IMG/VR virus record: IMGVR_UViG_3300028587_000009
Coordinates: 1 to 49,034 of that record
Direction: 5' to 3' (one strand)
Length of the DNA: 49,034 nt
Source: a virus
Taxonomy: Duplodnaviria > Caudoviricetes
In this document: piece after piece, positions 9,327-18,284 of the stretch
Layout: every line of letters starts with the position of its first letter
Position numbering within the stretch: the first letter of the stretch is position 1
Position numbers and translations under genes: made by a program
The notes under the pieces: generated by a model
Told to the model about the DNA's origin: nothing
Seen by the model: the letters and a program-made list of their open reading frames with translations, nothing else
Database searches by the model: none

Positions 9327-11426
9327 GTGCTGGGCCGCTACATTGATTTGGGAAACCCCGTTGCGAACCATCCTCTCAATTTGGGACTGGTCGCGTGGTA
9401 TCTGCCCTTGCCCAACAACGCGGGGGGCGGCACCCTATTTGACCTCAAGGGTCGCAGCCACGGGACGCTCGTGAACGGCCCGACCTGGAGCGCGGGGGGC
9501 AGGCCGGGGGCACTGAGGCCATGTCTGTCCTTCGACGGCTCCGACGACTACGTTGGCATTACTCCTGCCACGTCCGCAGGCTGGCCCGACATCGGCGGGG
9601 CGAAGACGATCAGCATGTGGACGCAGTTCGATTCGACCCTTGCGAACAGTCGCATCCTGTTCTCACTCGTCCTGGACGACTCGGGTGGGGCGGGCAATTC
9701 GCTCGACCTTTACTTCTCCAACAGCTTCAGCGTCCGGGATATAAACTGTCGCCAGTGGGGCGGGCAACTCCGACTGACCGCCTACCCGGCCGACTACGGC
9801 GTCTCGGCGGAGTCATGGTTCCACCTGACCTACACGAGCGGCTCAGGCTGGACGCCGCAGAAGTTCTACTTCAACGGTATCCCGGCCGCGTCCTTCTCCG
9901 AGGCAACCAGCACGCAAACGGGTGCGCCTGGGGTGTGCCGAATCGCGAGCTTCAATGCCGCCTTCCCGGACCCCTACCACAACCGCCCGGTCGACGACGT
10001 GCGGGTTTACAACCGGGCGCTGTCTGCCGCCGACGCCTACGCCCTCTACTGGCAGTCCTTGCGGGGGCACCCCGACACGATGAGGAAATGGTCCCATAGA
10101 GTATGGACGTTCGGCCAAAGAGGTGGTGGTGGAGGTACAACTACTCCACAAAGTAACAGCGGATCAACCACACCGTCTGGTACGTTACAGAAGACAGTCA
10201 ACCGTTCTCTGGCGGGTAGTGTAACTTCTAGTGGTACCAAGACGAACTCAGCCAGGAAACCATTAGCTGCCAGTCTAACTGCTACGGGAACCAAGGCTAA
10301 CTCTGCCAGTAAGACTATCTCCGGTAGCTCGACTAGTAGTGCCGCCCTGACCAGATCGTTCGCCAGACCGGTTAGCGGTAGCCTCACAGCAACAGGAACC
10401 GAGACTCGCTCTACTTCTAAGTCACTGGCTGGTAGTTCTACAGTAACAGGATCAACTAGCAACATCCGTGCTGCACTACAGACTCTTACTGGTAGCCTTA
10501 CTGCTACTGGAGCAACTACTAGATCAACAGCAAAACCACTTAGTGGTATTCTGACTCCCACCGGTACATCAGCCAAGAGTTCTTCCAAGTCTATGTCTGG
10601 TAGCTGCACGCCCACTGGTACTACCAGTAGTATCCGTGCCGCGTTACAGACCCTAACTAGTAACCTAACTGCCACCGGGTCAGCCATAAGATCAGCTGCC
10701 AAAACACTGACTTCCAGTCTTACAACTACGGGTATTGCTAGTAAGACAACGTCAAGATCATTAGCAGGCAGTACGACACCAACAGGTTCTCTTTCAATCA
10801 ACAGAGCCCTGTTCCAAACACTAATTTCTACCCTGGCGGCTATCGGAACGTCTGCACGCTCGGTATCCAAGACCCTGACTTGCTCTTCATCTATCTCCAG
10901 TGCAGTATCCAAGCTGATCAGTAAGCTGTTCAGCGGAGGCTCAGCCCCTAGTGGTAGCGCTAGTAGTACTATACCCTCTCCTCCAGAAGAGGCTTCTGAT
11001 AGATACTTGACATCTTATGCGAGAGACGACAACTACCTAACCTCATACGTACAGGATGACAACTACGTAACGGGTATTATAGGGGACGGGTCAATGAGCT
11101 ACAAGAAGAACTTTGAGTGCAACGTCGGTGAGAAGGTGACTATGGACTTCTTCGACACCGACAGCGAGAACCGCAGCGGTCAAACTCTGGTGTACCGACT
11201 ACGATCTGTTGACTACGACGGTACTATCCTGACTACCAAGACCGTGGGAGATGGTATTACCTTCCCATCCGCTACCCCTGCTGGTTCAACCGTCAGGGTA
11301 CTTTTAGATAGTGAGGATACAGAACTACCCAAGGGTAAGTACTACTACACACTGTCTAGACAGGATGACGAAGTTGTCCTCGCACATGGTGTGTTAACCG
11401 TGGGAAGACCAAGGGTGTTTGCATGA
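9327..11426 (+). CDS. Fibre/adhesin: LamG (concanavalin A-like) domain + Ser/Thr repeat shaft + C-terminal BppU-like domain
   Basis: GLVAWY...HGTLVNGPTW...LSFDGSDDYV...WFHLTYT...DDVRVYNRALS is a LamG signature. It is followed by 18/20-aa repeats and a C-terminal DTELPKGKYYYTL...GVLTV motif. Confidence 0.8.
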   Translation: MLGRYIDLGNPVANHPLNLGLVAWYLPLPNNAGGGTLFDLKGRSHGTLVNGPTWSAGGRPGALRPCLSFDGSDDYVGITPATSAGWPDIGGAKTISMWTQFDSTLANSRILFSLVLDDSGGAGNSLDLYFSNSFSVRDINCRQWGGQLRLTAYPADYGVSAESWFHLTYTSGSGWTPQKFYFNGIPAASFSEATSTQTGAPGVCRIASFNAAFPDPYHNRPVDDVRVYNRALSAADAYALYWQSLRGHPDTMRKWSHRVWTFGQRGGGGGTTTPQSNSGSTTPSGTLQKTVNRSLAGSVTSSGTKTNSARKPLAASLTATGTKANSASKTISGSSTSSAALTRSFARPVSGSLTATGTETRSTSKSLAGSSTVTGSTSNIRAALQTLTGSLTATGATTRSTAKPLSGILTPTGTSAKSSSKSMSGSCTPTGTTSSIRAALQTLTSNLTATGSAIRSAAKTLTSSLTTTGIASKTTSRSLAGSTTPTGSLSINRALFQTLISTLAAIGTSARSVSKTLTCSSSISSAVSKLISKLFSGGSAPSGSASSTIPSPPEEASDRYLTSYARDDNYLTSYVQDDNYVTGIIGDGSMSYKKNFECNVGEKVTMDFFDTDSENRSGQTLVYRLRSVDYDGTILTTKTVGDGITFPSATPAGSTVRVLLDSEDTELPKGKYYYTLSRQDDEVVLAHGVLTVGRPRVFA
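10160..10960 (+). repeat. About 14 degenerate 18/20-aa Ser/Thr-rich coding repeats
   Basis: Units such as LAASLTATGTKANSASKT, VSGSLTATGTETRSTSKS and LTGSLTATGATTRSTAKP. IRAALQT-like 20-aa units recur every 56 aa. Confidence 0.85.
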
Positions 11427-11695
11427 TGGAACACAAGTGTTCCCACCTGGGTAAGTTCTCTGGAGAGTATGTAGACTGTACCACATGCAGGAGAGGGGTT
11501 AAATTAAAACTATATGACTGTGAGGTTTATGGCCAGTGTACGCTTACCAAAGGGGTTGACGGGTTCCCCTGTTGTGAGGGTAAGCTAACTATAAATGGGC
11601 ACGCCGCATGCCCCAAGAGGGACACCAATGGGCAAGATAAAGTGGGCTTACGGGTTGACAACGGTGCCGAGGCGGAGGAACACCCTGCTCCCTAA
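11423..11695 (+). CDS. Small Cys-rich protein
   Basis: 8 Cys in 90 aa; start overlaps the previous stop (ATGA). Confidence 0.65.
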   Translation: MMEHKCSHLGKFSGEYVDCTTCRRGVKLKLYDCEVYGQCTLTKGVDGFPCCEGKLTINGHAACPKRDTNGQDKVGLRVDNGAEAEEHPAP

Positions 11696-12335
11696 GACTC
11701 TGTTTTCACTAAGGCAGGCGGGGTTTGAATCACCCATACTGTTCGTTGACGGTGACTATGACCCCCTGTCGTGGCGTGGCCAGTTCAACCTGGAGGTGTC
11801 GGTAAGAACCACTAACATCCGAACATTCGGCAACTGGATGTTGGGTATGTTAGAACTATACATCCGAGAACCAAACGCCGACAGGTACGCCATGTTCCAG
11901 GATGACTTCGTGACCTACAAGAACCTCCGTCAATACCTGGAGTACTGTAAGTATCCTGATAATGGTTACTGGAACCTGTACACCTTCCCGCAGAACCAGG
12001 AACTAGCCCCGGCAAGGGAAGGGTGGTACGAGTCCAACCAGCGTGGCAGGGGCGCGGTAGCCCTGGTGTTCGACCGGAAGACCCTGCTACTGGTCCTGGG
12101 TTCTGACCACATGCTGAACAGACCACAGAATGCTAGTCGAGGTTGGAAGGCGGTGGACGGCGGCATAGTAACTGCCATGACCAAGATTGGTTACAAGGAG
12201 TATGTTCATAATCCGAGTCTGGTTCAGCACACTGGTGAGATCAGTACCATGCTCAACCGGAAGCACCCACTGGCAGTATCGTTCCTCGGTGAAGACTTTG
12301 ACGCCATGAACTTGAGGCAAGTACCAGCGGAGTAG
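11628..12335 (+). CDS. Glycosyltransferase (GT-A fold, GT2/GT25-like)
   Basis: TTVPRR...TLFSL, acidic motif MFQDD, C-terminal PSLVQHTG. Confidence 0.7.
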   Translation: MGKIKWAYGLTTVPRRRNTLLPKTLFSLRQAGFESPILFVDGDYDPLSWRGQFNLEVSVRTTNIRTFGNWMLGMLELYIREPNADRYAMFQDDFVTYKNLRQYLEYCKYPDNGYWNLYTFPQNQELAPAREGWYESNQRGRGAVALVFDRKTLLLVLGSDHMLNRPQNASRGWKAVDGGIVTAMTKIGYKEYVHNPSLVQHTGEISTMLNRKHPLAVSFLGEDFDAMNLRQVPAE

Positions 12336-12338
12336 ACT

Positions 12339-13391
12339 ATGAGGAGTATATCTCAAGTTCTTGTCAACCTGGATAGTCCTAGCCTTAGTCCACTACCGAC
12401 ACCATCCTGCTCCCCCTTACCTTACTCTAACCCTACCTGTGCCGCCCTGGCAGTGGAGAGCATGAGTAGCCACATGACGGATGAGGGTTGGCAGATCATG
12501 GTTGGTCTGGAACACCACGGCTTCAAGCTGTGCGGCTACAACCTGACTGTTGGCTTCACAGACGTAGATCAGATACTAGCCACTCTTTCTCCAGATGTCG
12601 TACTGGTGCAAGACAAGCGTGAGTGGGACTTGGCTGCCAAGGACTTCAGGGAACCTAGAGCCAGGTTCACCAACGTAGAATCTCTGAAGGACAGGCACGA
12701 TATCTTCAAGCTGACCATACTAAAGGATGCACACCAGCGACCCGAGTATCACATGCAATCTGCTGAAGAGATGGGTGTGCACGCCTGGGTCACCTACTAT
12801 CATTCAGACATTGTACACCACCTGGCCCCGTACACTCGCAAGGAGCACCTGATACGCACGTACCACTCCGTTAATGCTGACCGTGTACCACCCTACTCTC
12901 CAGAAGGTAGGTCGGGAACGTTGCTGTCCGGTGCAGTTAGCTCTGTGTACCCCATGCGACAGAACATGATCAGAGAGATACACAGACTACCGGCCACCAT
13001 CGTGCTTAGGCATCCTGGTTATCACAGGAAAGGGTGCATGACCTATGAATTCTTGCATGCTCTCAGTAAGTTCAAGGTCGCTATCTGTACATCTAGCATG
13101 TACGGCTACGCCCTACGTAAGATTATCGAGGCTACGGCGTGCGGCTGCATAGTGGTAACCGACTTGCCTACCGACGAGGTGTTACCCGAGATAGATGATA
13201 ACCTTATACGAGTGGCACCAACTATCTCTGGAAGAGATATGGGCAAGCTACTGTCTCGCCTCTACGAGACTTACGACGCCGACAGGCAGTACTACTTTGC
13301 CCAGCAGTGTAAGTCTTTCTACGACTACCGGAACACCTGCCGTATCCTTAAAGACCAGATACTTAACCTACGGAGAAACTACCCATGCTGA
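12339..13391 (+). CDS. Glycosyltransferase (GT-B, CgeB/Glyco_trans_1_2-like)
   Basis: C-terminal LSKFKVAIC...RKIIEATACGCIVVTD motif. Confidence 0.7.
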   Translation: MRSISQVLVNLDSPSLSPLPTPSCSPLPYSNPTCAALAVESMSSHMTDEGWQIMVGLEHHGFKLCGYNLTVGFTDVDQILATLSPDVVLVQDKREWDLAAKDFREPRARFTNVESLKDRHDIFKLTILKDAHQRPEYHMQSAEEMGVHAWVTYYHSDIVHHLAPYTRKEHLIRTYHSVNADRVPPYSPEGRSGTLLSGAVSSVYPMRQNMIREIHRLPATIVLRHPGYHRKGCMTYEFLHALSKFKVAICTSSMYGYALRKIIEATACGCIVVTDLPTDEVLPEIDDNLIRVAPTISGRDMGKLLSRLYETYDADRQYYFAQQCKSFYDYRNTCRILKDQILNLRRNYPC

Positions 13392-13984
13392 GGAAGTCCA
13401 ACCTTACCACCAGGAATCAACTCCCACTATTGCTCAACGAGAAGGGTCTGCTAGGCACGGCAGTAGAGGTAGGCACCCACCAGGGGGATTACGCTTCCAT
13501 CTTCCTGGAACGATGGGAGGGTAACATGCTAGTATGCGTTGACCCCTGGCACATACCACCGGGCTACGAGCACCAGATGAAGTTCCTGTGGGGTGACAAG
13601 AACAGAGATAATGACTTCCAGACTTGCATGGACAGATTGTCTAGGTACGAGGGCCGGTACTGCATGATGCGTATGATATCTGTCAAAGCATCCGAGCACT
13701 TTGAGGACCACTCACTAGACTTCGTTTATCTGGATGGTGACCACCGATACAAGGAAGTACTCAAAGACCTGCGTGCGTGGTGGCCAAAGTTGAAAATGGG
13801 TGGTATACTTGCAGGCCATGACGTGATAATGCCTAACCAGAGTGCTGAGGATGACTGGCCAACAGGAGTACAAGGTGCTCTGGACGCATTCTTCGGGCTG
13901 ACCACCCATCACTACGACATCAACCTGATAGTAGAGGAAGATGGTCTGCCCTGGTCCTTCTACCTGGAGAAGACTCATGAATGA
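13385..13984 (+). CDS. Class I SAM-dependent methyltransferase (Methyltransf_24-like)
   Basis: VEVGTHQG, VDPW, LDFVYLDGDHRY, GGILAGHD. Confidence 0.88.
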   Translation: MLRKSNLTTRNQLPLLLNEKGLLGTAVEVGTHQGDYASIFLERWEGNMLVCVDPWHIPPGYEHQMKFLWGDKNRDNDFQTCMDRLSRYEGRYCMMRMISVKASEHFEDHSLDFVYLDGDHRYKEVLKDLRAWWPKLKMGGILAGHDVIMPNQSAEDDWPTGVQGALDAFFGLTTHHYDINLIVEEDGLPWSFYLEKTHE

Positions 13985-14969
13985 GACTGAGGCAATTGGT
14001 TTTATGGTAGCCCCAGGCACGAGACGCCCCGGCAAGTACCGAGATGGTGTTATACAAATACACGTCACTAGAGCGTGTGACAAGTCCTGCTTCGGCTGCA
14101 CGCAGGGTAGTCAGCTACGGGGTAAGCTGGAGTTCATTAGTCTGCATCACTTCGAGCAGGCTGTGATCTCCCTAAAAGGGTACTTCGGAGTGGTCGGTGT
14201 CTTCGGAGGTAACCCAGCCCTTCACCCCCAGTTCATAGACCTGTGCAAGATACTCTGCGAGCACATACCATACGAACAGCGAGGACTGTGGTGTAACAAT
14301 CCGGTCACCGTTGAGAAGGCTCGGTGCATGGCAAACACATTCAACCCTAACGTCAGCAACCTGAACGTGCACCTGGATCTGCAAGCCTACAAGATGTTCA
14401 AGAAGGGTTGGCCACAGTCTATCGTAGTCGGTCTGTACAAGGATTCCAGACATAGCCCGCCGTTCGTGGCTATCAAGGATGTCATCCAAGACGAAGAGAA
14501 GCGTTGGGAACTCATCTCAGACTGTGACATAAACAAGCACTGGTCCGCTATGATAGGCGTGTTTCGTGGTCAGCTGCGAGCATGGTTCTGTGAGGTTGCT
14601 GGTTCACAGAGCATACTACACCAAGACGAACCAGACTATCCTGACACTGGGATGCCAGTAGACCCCAGCCAAACTGGTGTCATAGTCTATGATGGCCAAC
14701 TCTACGATTACTGGTGGCAGTTGCCAATGACTGCCTTTGCACACGAAGTCCGCAAGCACTGCCACGAATGCGGCGTACCCCTGCGAGGCTACGGTGAATT
14801 GGCACAGACGTCTGATGAGCATGCCACCGAGCAGACCAGTGCCACACATCAATCTGTGTTCCTACCCAAGCGAACTGGTAGGGCTGTCGAGTTGGTTACC
14901 GTCGAGTCTCAGTTAAGCAGGGGTCAGATACTGAAGATGACAGACTACTTAGGTAACGCAAGGCTATAG
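13977..14969 (+). CDS. Radical SAM protein
   Basis: CxxxCxxC (CDKSCFGC) and FGGNPALHP, plus additional C-terminal Cys (CEVA, CHEC). Confidence 0.85.
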   Translation: MNETEAIGFMVAPGTRRPGKYRDGVIQIHVTRACDKSCFGCTQGSQLRGKLEFISLHHFEQAVISLKGYFGVVGVFGGNPALHPQFIDLCKILCEHIPYEQRGLWCNNPVTVEKARCMANTFNPNVSNLNVHLDLQAYKMFKKGWPQSIVVGLYKDSRHSPPFVAIKDVIQDEEKRWELISDCDINKHWSAMIGVFRGQLRAWFCEVAGSQSILHQDEPDYPDTGMPVDPSQTGVIVYDGQLYDYWWQLPMTAFAHEVRKHCHECGVPLRGYGELAQTSDEHATEQTSATHQSVFLPKRTGRAVELVTVESQLSRGQILKMTDYLGNARL

Positions 14970-14978
14970 GAGGCACAA

Positions 14979-15695
14979 ATGGATGATTCGTTCCCTAGTG
15001 GTATGGTGGACTGCATAAGGGAGTTCTTCAAGAAGGACCATAAACGCCCGGCAGGTCTAGACATCTACCATGACGTGTTCGACGCCCCCCTGTTCTTCCC
15101 GTTGCAAAGGAAGGCAGAGTTGATCAAGATGATCCAAGTTGCCCGCTCGATAAAGCCGAAAGTCATCTACGACATCGGCAGCGACAAGGGGGGTGGTCTG
15201 TACCACTGGTGCAAGTGTCTACCCAGCATAACCAGAGTTATCTCATGTGAGGTTAGAGGCACCCCTTATGCTGAGGAGTTTGAGAAGAACTTCCCCTTCA
15301 TCAACTTCAACTGGCTGCCAATGTCTAGTCTTGATGACACTGCTTTGAGTGTGGTCTTCCAGGTTACCAAGCAGCAGAAGATAGACATATGTTTCATCGA
15401 CGGGGACAAGACTGCATTCACGGAAGACTTCTATAATATACTTCCGTACATGAGTAGCAAAGGCATTATCTTCATGCACGATATAACAGACAACCCGATG
15501 CCAGGCGACTCATTCCAGGAGATACGTAGGCATGGTTACGTAACATCGGAGATAATAGACAGGTCAGACAGTCTGCTGGCTATCAATAGGGAAAAGGAAG
15601 GTATCCCTAGCAGTGGACCATACGAGAGTTGGTTGCGTCATTGGAAGGGTAAGAGTTGTGGGGTTGGGGTCATATACCTTTCTGGAGGAAACTAA
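14979..15695 (+). CDS. Class I SAM-dependent methyltransferase
   Basis: DIGSDKGG, IDICFIDGD, GIIFMHD. Confidence 0.8.
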   Translation: MDDSFPSGMVDCIREFFKKDHKRPAGLDIYHDVFDAPLFFPLQRKAELIKMIQVARSIKPKVIYDIGSDKGGGLYHWCKCLPSITRVISCEVRGTPYAEEFEKNFPFINFNWLPMSSLDDTALSVVFQVTKQQKIDICFIDGDKTAFTEDFYNILPYMSSKGIIFMHDITDNPMPGDSFQEIRRHGYVTSEIIDRSDSLLAINREKEGIPSSGPYESWLRHWKGKSCGVGVIYLSGGN

Positions 15696-15697
15696 TC

Positions 15698-16456
15698 ATG
15701 AGAGCCATACTGGTAAGCGTGGACTATACCGATCTGTTGTCATTGACCCTGCCGTACAATCGACACCACTTCGAGGAGGTATTGGTTGTAACCTCTATCA
15801 TGGATAGGCGTAACGTCAGGCCAGTAGCTGATCAGAACAAGGCCGACATATACGTTACTGACTCCTTCTACCACGGCGGGGCCAGGTTCAATAAGTGGAA
15901 GGCACTGGAGGAAGGGTTGGATTACTTCGGCAGGCAGGGTTTACTGTGCATCATGGATGCGGACGTACTCTGGCCCAAGACCATACCAGTAGACGACTCG
16001 TACTTCCTGAAGGGTAAGCTGTATTCCCCGCTAAGACGCATGGCCCCCATGCCATCAGCTAGCGTCCCGGAGTCTACCCCCTTTCCTCCAGAGAGTGACT
16101 GGTGGATATATCCGATCCATCGTAACACCAGCGAGTGGGCTGGGTACTCTCAGATTTTCCACGCAGATGATCCGGTACTCGGCAAGACACCCTGGCATGA
16201 GATTAACTGGACCCATGCGGGTGGTGCCGACTCCTTCTTCCAGCAGAAGTGGAAGTTGATAAACCGTATCAGACCACCGTTCGAGATATTGCACCTTGGT
16301 GACGCGGGTGCTAACTGGTTTGGTAGAGCTACAAGGTACATCGACGGTACGCAACCTGAGAACGCTGAACTTAGGAGAAAGGAGATGAAGGAGTCTATCA
16401 GACGCAGGGGTCAATCCAACCCCGACCATAGGTATGATCACGAGAAGTTAGGGTAG
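15698..16456 (+). CDS. Glycosyltransferase (GT-A fold)
   Basis: FNKWKALEEG, DxD motif MDADV, GYSQIF, GGADSFF, HLG. Confidence 0.75.
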   Translation: MRAILVSVDYTDLLSLTLPYNRHHFEEVLVVTSIMDRRNVRPVADQNKADIYVTDSFYHGGARFNKWKALEEGLDYFGRQGLLCIMDADVLWPKTIPVDDSYFLKGKLYSPLRRMAPMPSASVPESTPFPPESDWWIYPIHRNTSEWAGYSQIFHADDPVLGKTPWHEINWTHAGGADSFFQQKWKLINRIRPPFEILHLGDAGANWFGRATRYIDGTQPENAELRRKEMKESIRRRGQSNPDHRYDHEKLG

Positions 16457-16476
16457 TCACTGTGGGGGGAATTATC

Positions 16477-16773
16477 ATGAGAGACTTCCCGAAGCTGGAT
16501 GATGAGGGCGAGCCGGTTGGTAAGATGCCGTGCTGTCCTAGGTGTCTAAAGGACACCTTGATAGTAGCTAATAAGGATCTTGTCTTGTGTCTGAAGTGTG
16601 CGTTCAAAGTCGAGAGGTACCAGAACTTCAGTTGTCTCTGTAAATGTGGCATTAACGTGCCTATTAAACAGGACATGGACAACCCGTACCTGTTCCACCT
16701 GAATTGCTGCTGTGGACATAAGACAGGTATAAAGGTGGACAGTGAAACCGCCAGGATGAGGGGGTTAATATAA
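16477..16773 (+). CDS. Cys-rich zinc-ribbon protein
   Basis: CPRC, CLKC, CLCKCG, CCCGH. Confidence 0.6.
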   Translation: MRDFPKLDDEGEPVGKMPCCPRCLKDTLIVANKDLVLCLKCAFKVERYQNFSCLCKCGINVPIKQDMDNPYLFHLNCCCGHKTGIKVDSETARMRGLI

Positions 16774-16781
16774 AATGTGAT

Positions 16782-16839
16782 CGTGATTCCCCGCCCCCCA
16801 GGTGTTGTAGCTCCGTACCTGGAGTGTGCGGGGGTCACG
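16782..16839. terminator. Long hairpin at the convergence of the late (+) and early (-) transcription units
   Basis: Arms CGTGATTCCCCGC/GCGGGGGTCACG and CCAGGT/ACCTGG; no U-tract. Confidence 0.5.
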
Positions 16840-16841
16840 TC

Positions 16842-17390
16842 TTACTCCTCGCTGGGGTGTGACAGAATGTGGCTGTACTGCGGGTTGCGCCCGTAAATCT
16901 TCGCCTCCTCTTCAACGTAGGCTATCATGGCTTCCTTCCACCCTGCCACATGGCCTGCCTTGTACGCACCCGTTAGCCCATCAGCGGCGCAGTCCTGAAG
17001 GATGCGGGTGAGGTGGTCGATGTGCTGCTGCTGGTCACTCAGGAAGCCGTCCACATGAGAGCCACGAAGTATGCTCGGTTCCCTGTCGGTATACAGCTTG
17101 TGCTTCGCCCGTATCTCCGCCAACCGCTCCTCACTCACTGGCCCCGGCACGGGCACGCTGTGCAGGGCTTCCTCGATGGCGGCGGTGATGATTGGGAGCA
17201 GGTAGTCAACCGTTTCCGCGCGACGACAAGCCAGCCAATCCTCTGCCTTCTCCTTTCCGTCCTCAACGCCATAACTGGCCCCATGCACCATTCGGAGATA
17301 GGTGCTGTCGCGCCATTTCTCTACGCCAAACGCCTTGGCGGCATGCCGCTCCGACGCCTCCCTGGCGATCTCTTCCACTGTCCTTGCCAT
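16842..17390 (-). CDS. Hypothetical protein
   Basis: ATG at 17390 with GGAAGG RBS; the ORF is open from 17495. Confidence 0.6.
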   Translation of the reverse strand: MARTVEEIAREASERHAAKAFGVEKWRDSTYLRMVHGASYGVEDGKEKAEDWLACRRAETVDYLLPIITAAIEEALHSVPVPGPVSEERLAEIRAKHKLYTDREPSILRGSHVDGFLSDQQQHIDHLTRILQDCAADGLTGAYKAGHVAGWKEAMIAYVEEEAKIYGRNPQYSHILSHPSEE

Positions 17391-17525
17391 ATCCTTCCCC
17401 CCCAGTTGATTTCCTTGCAACTCGTCTGTACTATTATCGCGTCCTGCGTGTTGCAGGGCGTCAAAGAAGGCGAGACGTTCGAGGCCAGTATTCACTCCTG
17501 AACCGGGGATGCTGGCTCTCGGCGT

Positions 17526-18101
17526 TTAGGTGGGTGAGTCTGCCAATGCGGCGCGAGCAATCCGCTGCGTCTTTGCAGTCCAGTCGATGACATGATCAGG
17601 CTCAATGGAAGCAATCTCCTCCAGCGCCTTCATGTACCGATCCCGCTCCATCGCCACCCTGGACGGCTTCAGCACCTCGCCGCTGGCGGTCTGGCTGGGG
17701 GGCTGGGGAATCGCCATCTGAAGGATGATTTCAGAGAGGTTGGAACACTGTTCCTGATAGGCCGACCAATGTGTCCAGATCACCATTACTTCCTTCCCAA
17801 CCACCTCTCGCATCGCCTCCGCCCCCAACCGCCACATCTCCTGAGCCGCCTCGCTCTCACAGAGCAGGTCGGTCATGATACGGTCGCGGCCCTCGACGGC
17901 GTCAGCCACGGCGGCGCGGATGGCGGTGGCAATCACTTTAATCGCCCCTTCGGCGTCACTATCAGCATTCCACTGGGGACCAAACATCACCTCGCCAACT
18001 GACACCCTGCCATAAACAGAGGTGCGCCGCTCAATGACTTTCAACTGCACCACTTCTTCCGCCCGCCTCTCTGCATCATCCTTCGTCTTGCTGCTGCTCA
18101 T
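17526..18101 (-). CDS. Hypothetical protein
   Basis: RBS AAGGAG; 191 aa. Confidence 0.6.
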   Translation of the reverse strand: MSSSKTKDDAERRAEEVVQLKVIERRTSVYGRVSVGEVMFGPQWNADSDAEGAIKVIATAIRAAVADAVEGRDRIMTDLLCESEAAQEMWRLGAEAMREVVGKEVMVIWTHWSAYQEQCSNLSEIILQMAIPQPPSQTASGEVLKPSRVAMERDRYMKALEEIASIEPDHVIDWTAKTQRIARAALADSPT

Positions 18102-18104
18102 TCG

Positions 18105-18281
18105 TCACTCCTTCCCCAAGATGAGATCAACCGCCCAGCAGCCCAGCATCAGGAGAACAGCGAATGGCAAGACAATAGTTTCCCACACCGGCAAACGAAC
18201 GTAATGACCGCCTCCCTCTGTATGCGGTTCATAACAGACCCCACGTCCAATACTTCTTTCATAGATTACATGGCATCGCAT
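18105..18281 (-). CDS. 58-aa protein with a hydrophobic segment, ending GCWAVDLILGKE
   Basis: Not in the ORF track. ATG follows the upstream TGA after 3 nt, with an AAGGAG RBS. Translation: MRCHVIYERSIGRGVCYEPHTEGGGHYVRLPVWETIVLPFAVLLMLGCWAVDLILGKE. Confidence 0.55.
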   Translation of the reverse strand: MRCHVIYERSIGRGVCYEPHTEGGGHYVRLPVWETIVLPFAVLLMLGCWAVDLILGKE

Positions 18282-18284
18282 AAA

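Noticed and set aside
10046-10912. Long antisense ORFs (also 172..1026, 33292..34077, 38776..39639, 43156..44034)
   Set aside because: They are shadows of well-supported genes with biased codons or repeats, and have no RBS or motifs.
9327-11426. Diversity-generating retroelement target
   Set aside because: No reverse transcriptase and no TR/VR pair in the window.
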